From Chrysemys picta bellii (lineage: Eukaryota), in NCBI RefSeq assembly GCF_011386835.1, contig NC_088800.1:15500001-15564000 (forward strand): a DNA stretch of 64,000 nt. The letters run 5' to 3'. The position numbers were made by a program, and so were the translations under genes. Of this stretch, positions 63,855 to 64,000 are shown in pieces. Every line of letters starts with the position of its first letter. Within the stretch, counting starts at the first letter, position 1. The notes under the pieces were generated by a model, which was given only the letters and a program-made list of their open reading frames with translations, was not told the origin of the DNA and made no database searches.

Positions 63855-64000
63855 AACACATCCTTAGTCACTTTCTCCACACCATTTATGATTGTATAGA
63901 CCTCTATCATATCTCCCCTTTGTCATCTCTTTTCCAAGCTGACCAGTCCCAGTCTTTTTAATTTTTCCTCCTATGGAAGCTGTTCCAAACCATTAATCAT

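Larger units (their letters stand above)
63240..64000 (-). mobile_element. CR1 LINE 3' portions (two adjacent 3' ends, about 63240-63306 and 63307-64000), running off the right edge
   Basis: AAGAACATAAGAATAGCCATACTGGGTCAGACCAATGGTCCA... and GAGTTCCACAGGTTGACTGTGC... are reverse complements of a turtle CR1 3' UTR and ORF2 end. Confidence 0.9.

Noticed and set aside
57250-64000. MESP1/MESP2 expected from human synteny
   Set aside because: No bHLH-coding sequence or CpG island is visible in this interval.

Overview
Eukaryotic (vertebrate) DNA, very likely a turtle: it carries turtle-type Penelope, CR1, Harbinger and hAT repeats plus ancient amniote SINEs. The window is syntenic with human 15q26.1 as I recall that locus. 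I assembled five spliced genes by hand, checking splice dinucleotides and reading phase at every junction: the 5' end of KIF7 (-), an atypical RERGL-like small GTPase (+, 231 aa, complete), PLIN1 (-, 526 aa, complete), PEX11A (-, 247 aa, complete) and WDR93 (+, about 664 aa, with one GC-AG intron). The main leads are: (1) the RERGL-like gene between KIF7 and PLIN1, which has no counterpart I know of at the human locus and has degenerate switch motifs; (2) an AP-1/DR1(PPRE)/C-EBP cluster between PLIN1 and PEX11A; (3) a perfect RFX X-box in the PEX11A/WDR93 bidirectional CpG promoter; (4) acidic residues at two mammalian PKA-site positions of PLIN1; (5) a minimal hammerhead-like motif in a Penelope insertion; (6) a possible unidentified gene 3' end near 61.2-61.5 kb. 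Most ORF-track entries are spurious frames in GC-rich introns and repeats. Comparisons with human proteins and repeat consensus sequences are from memory; no searches were run.
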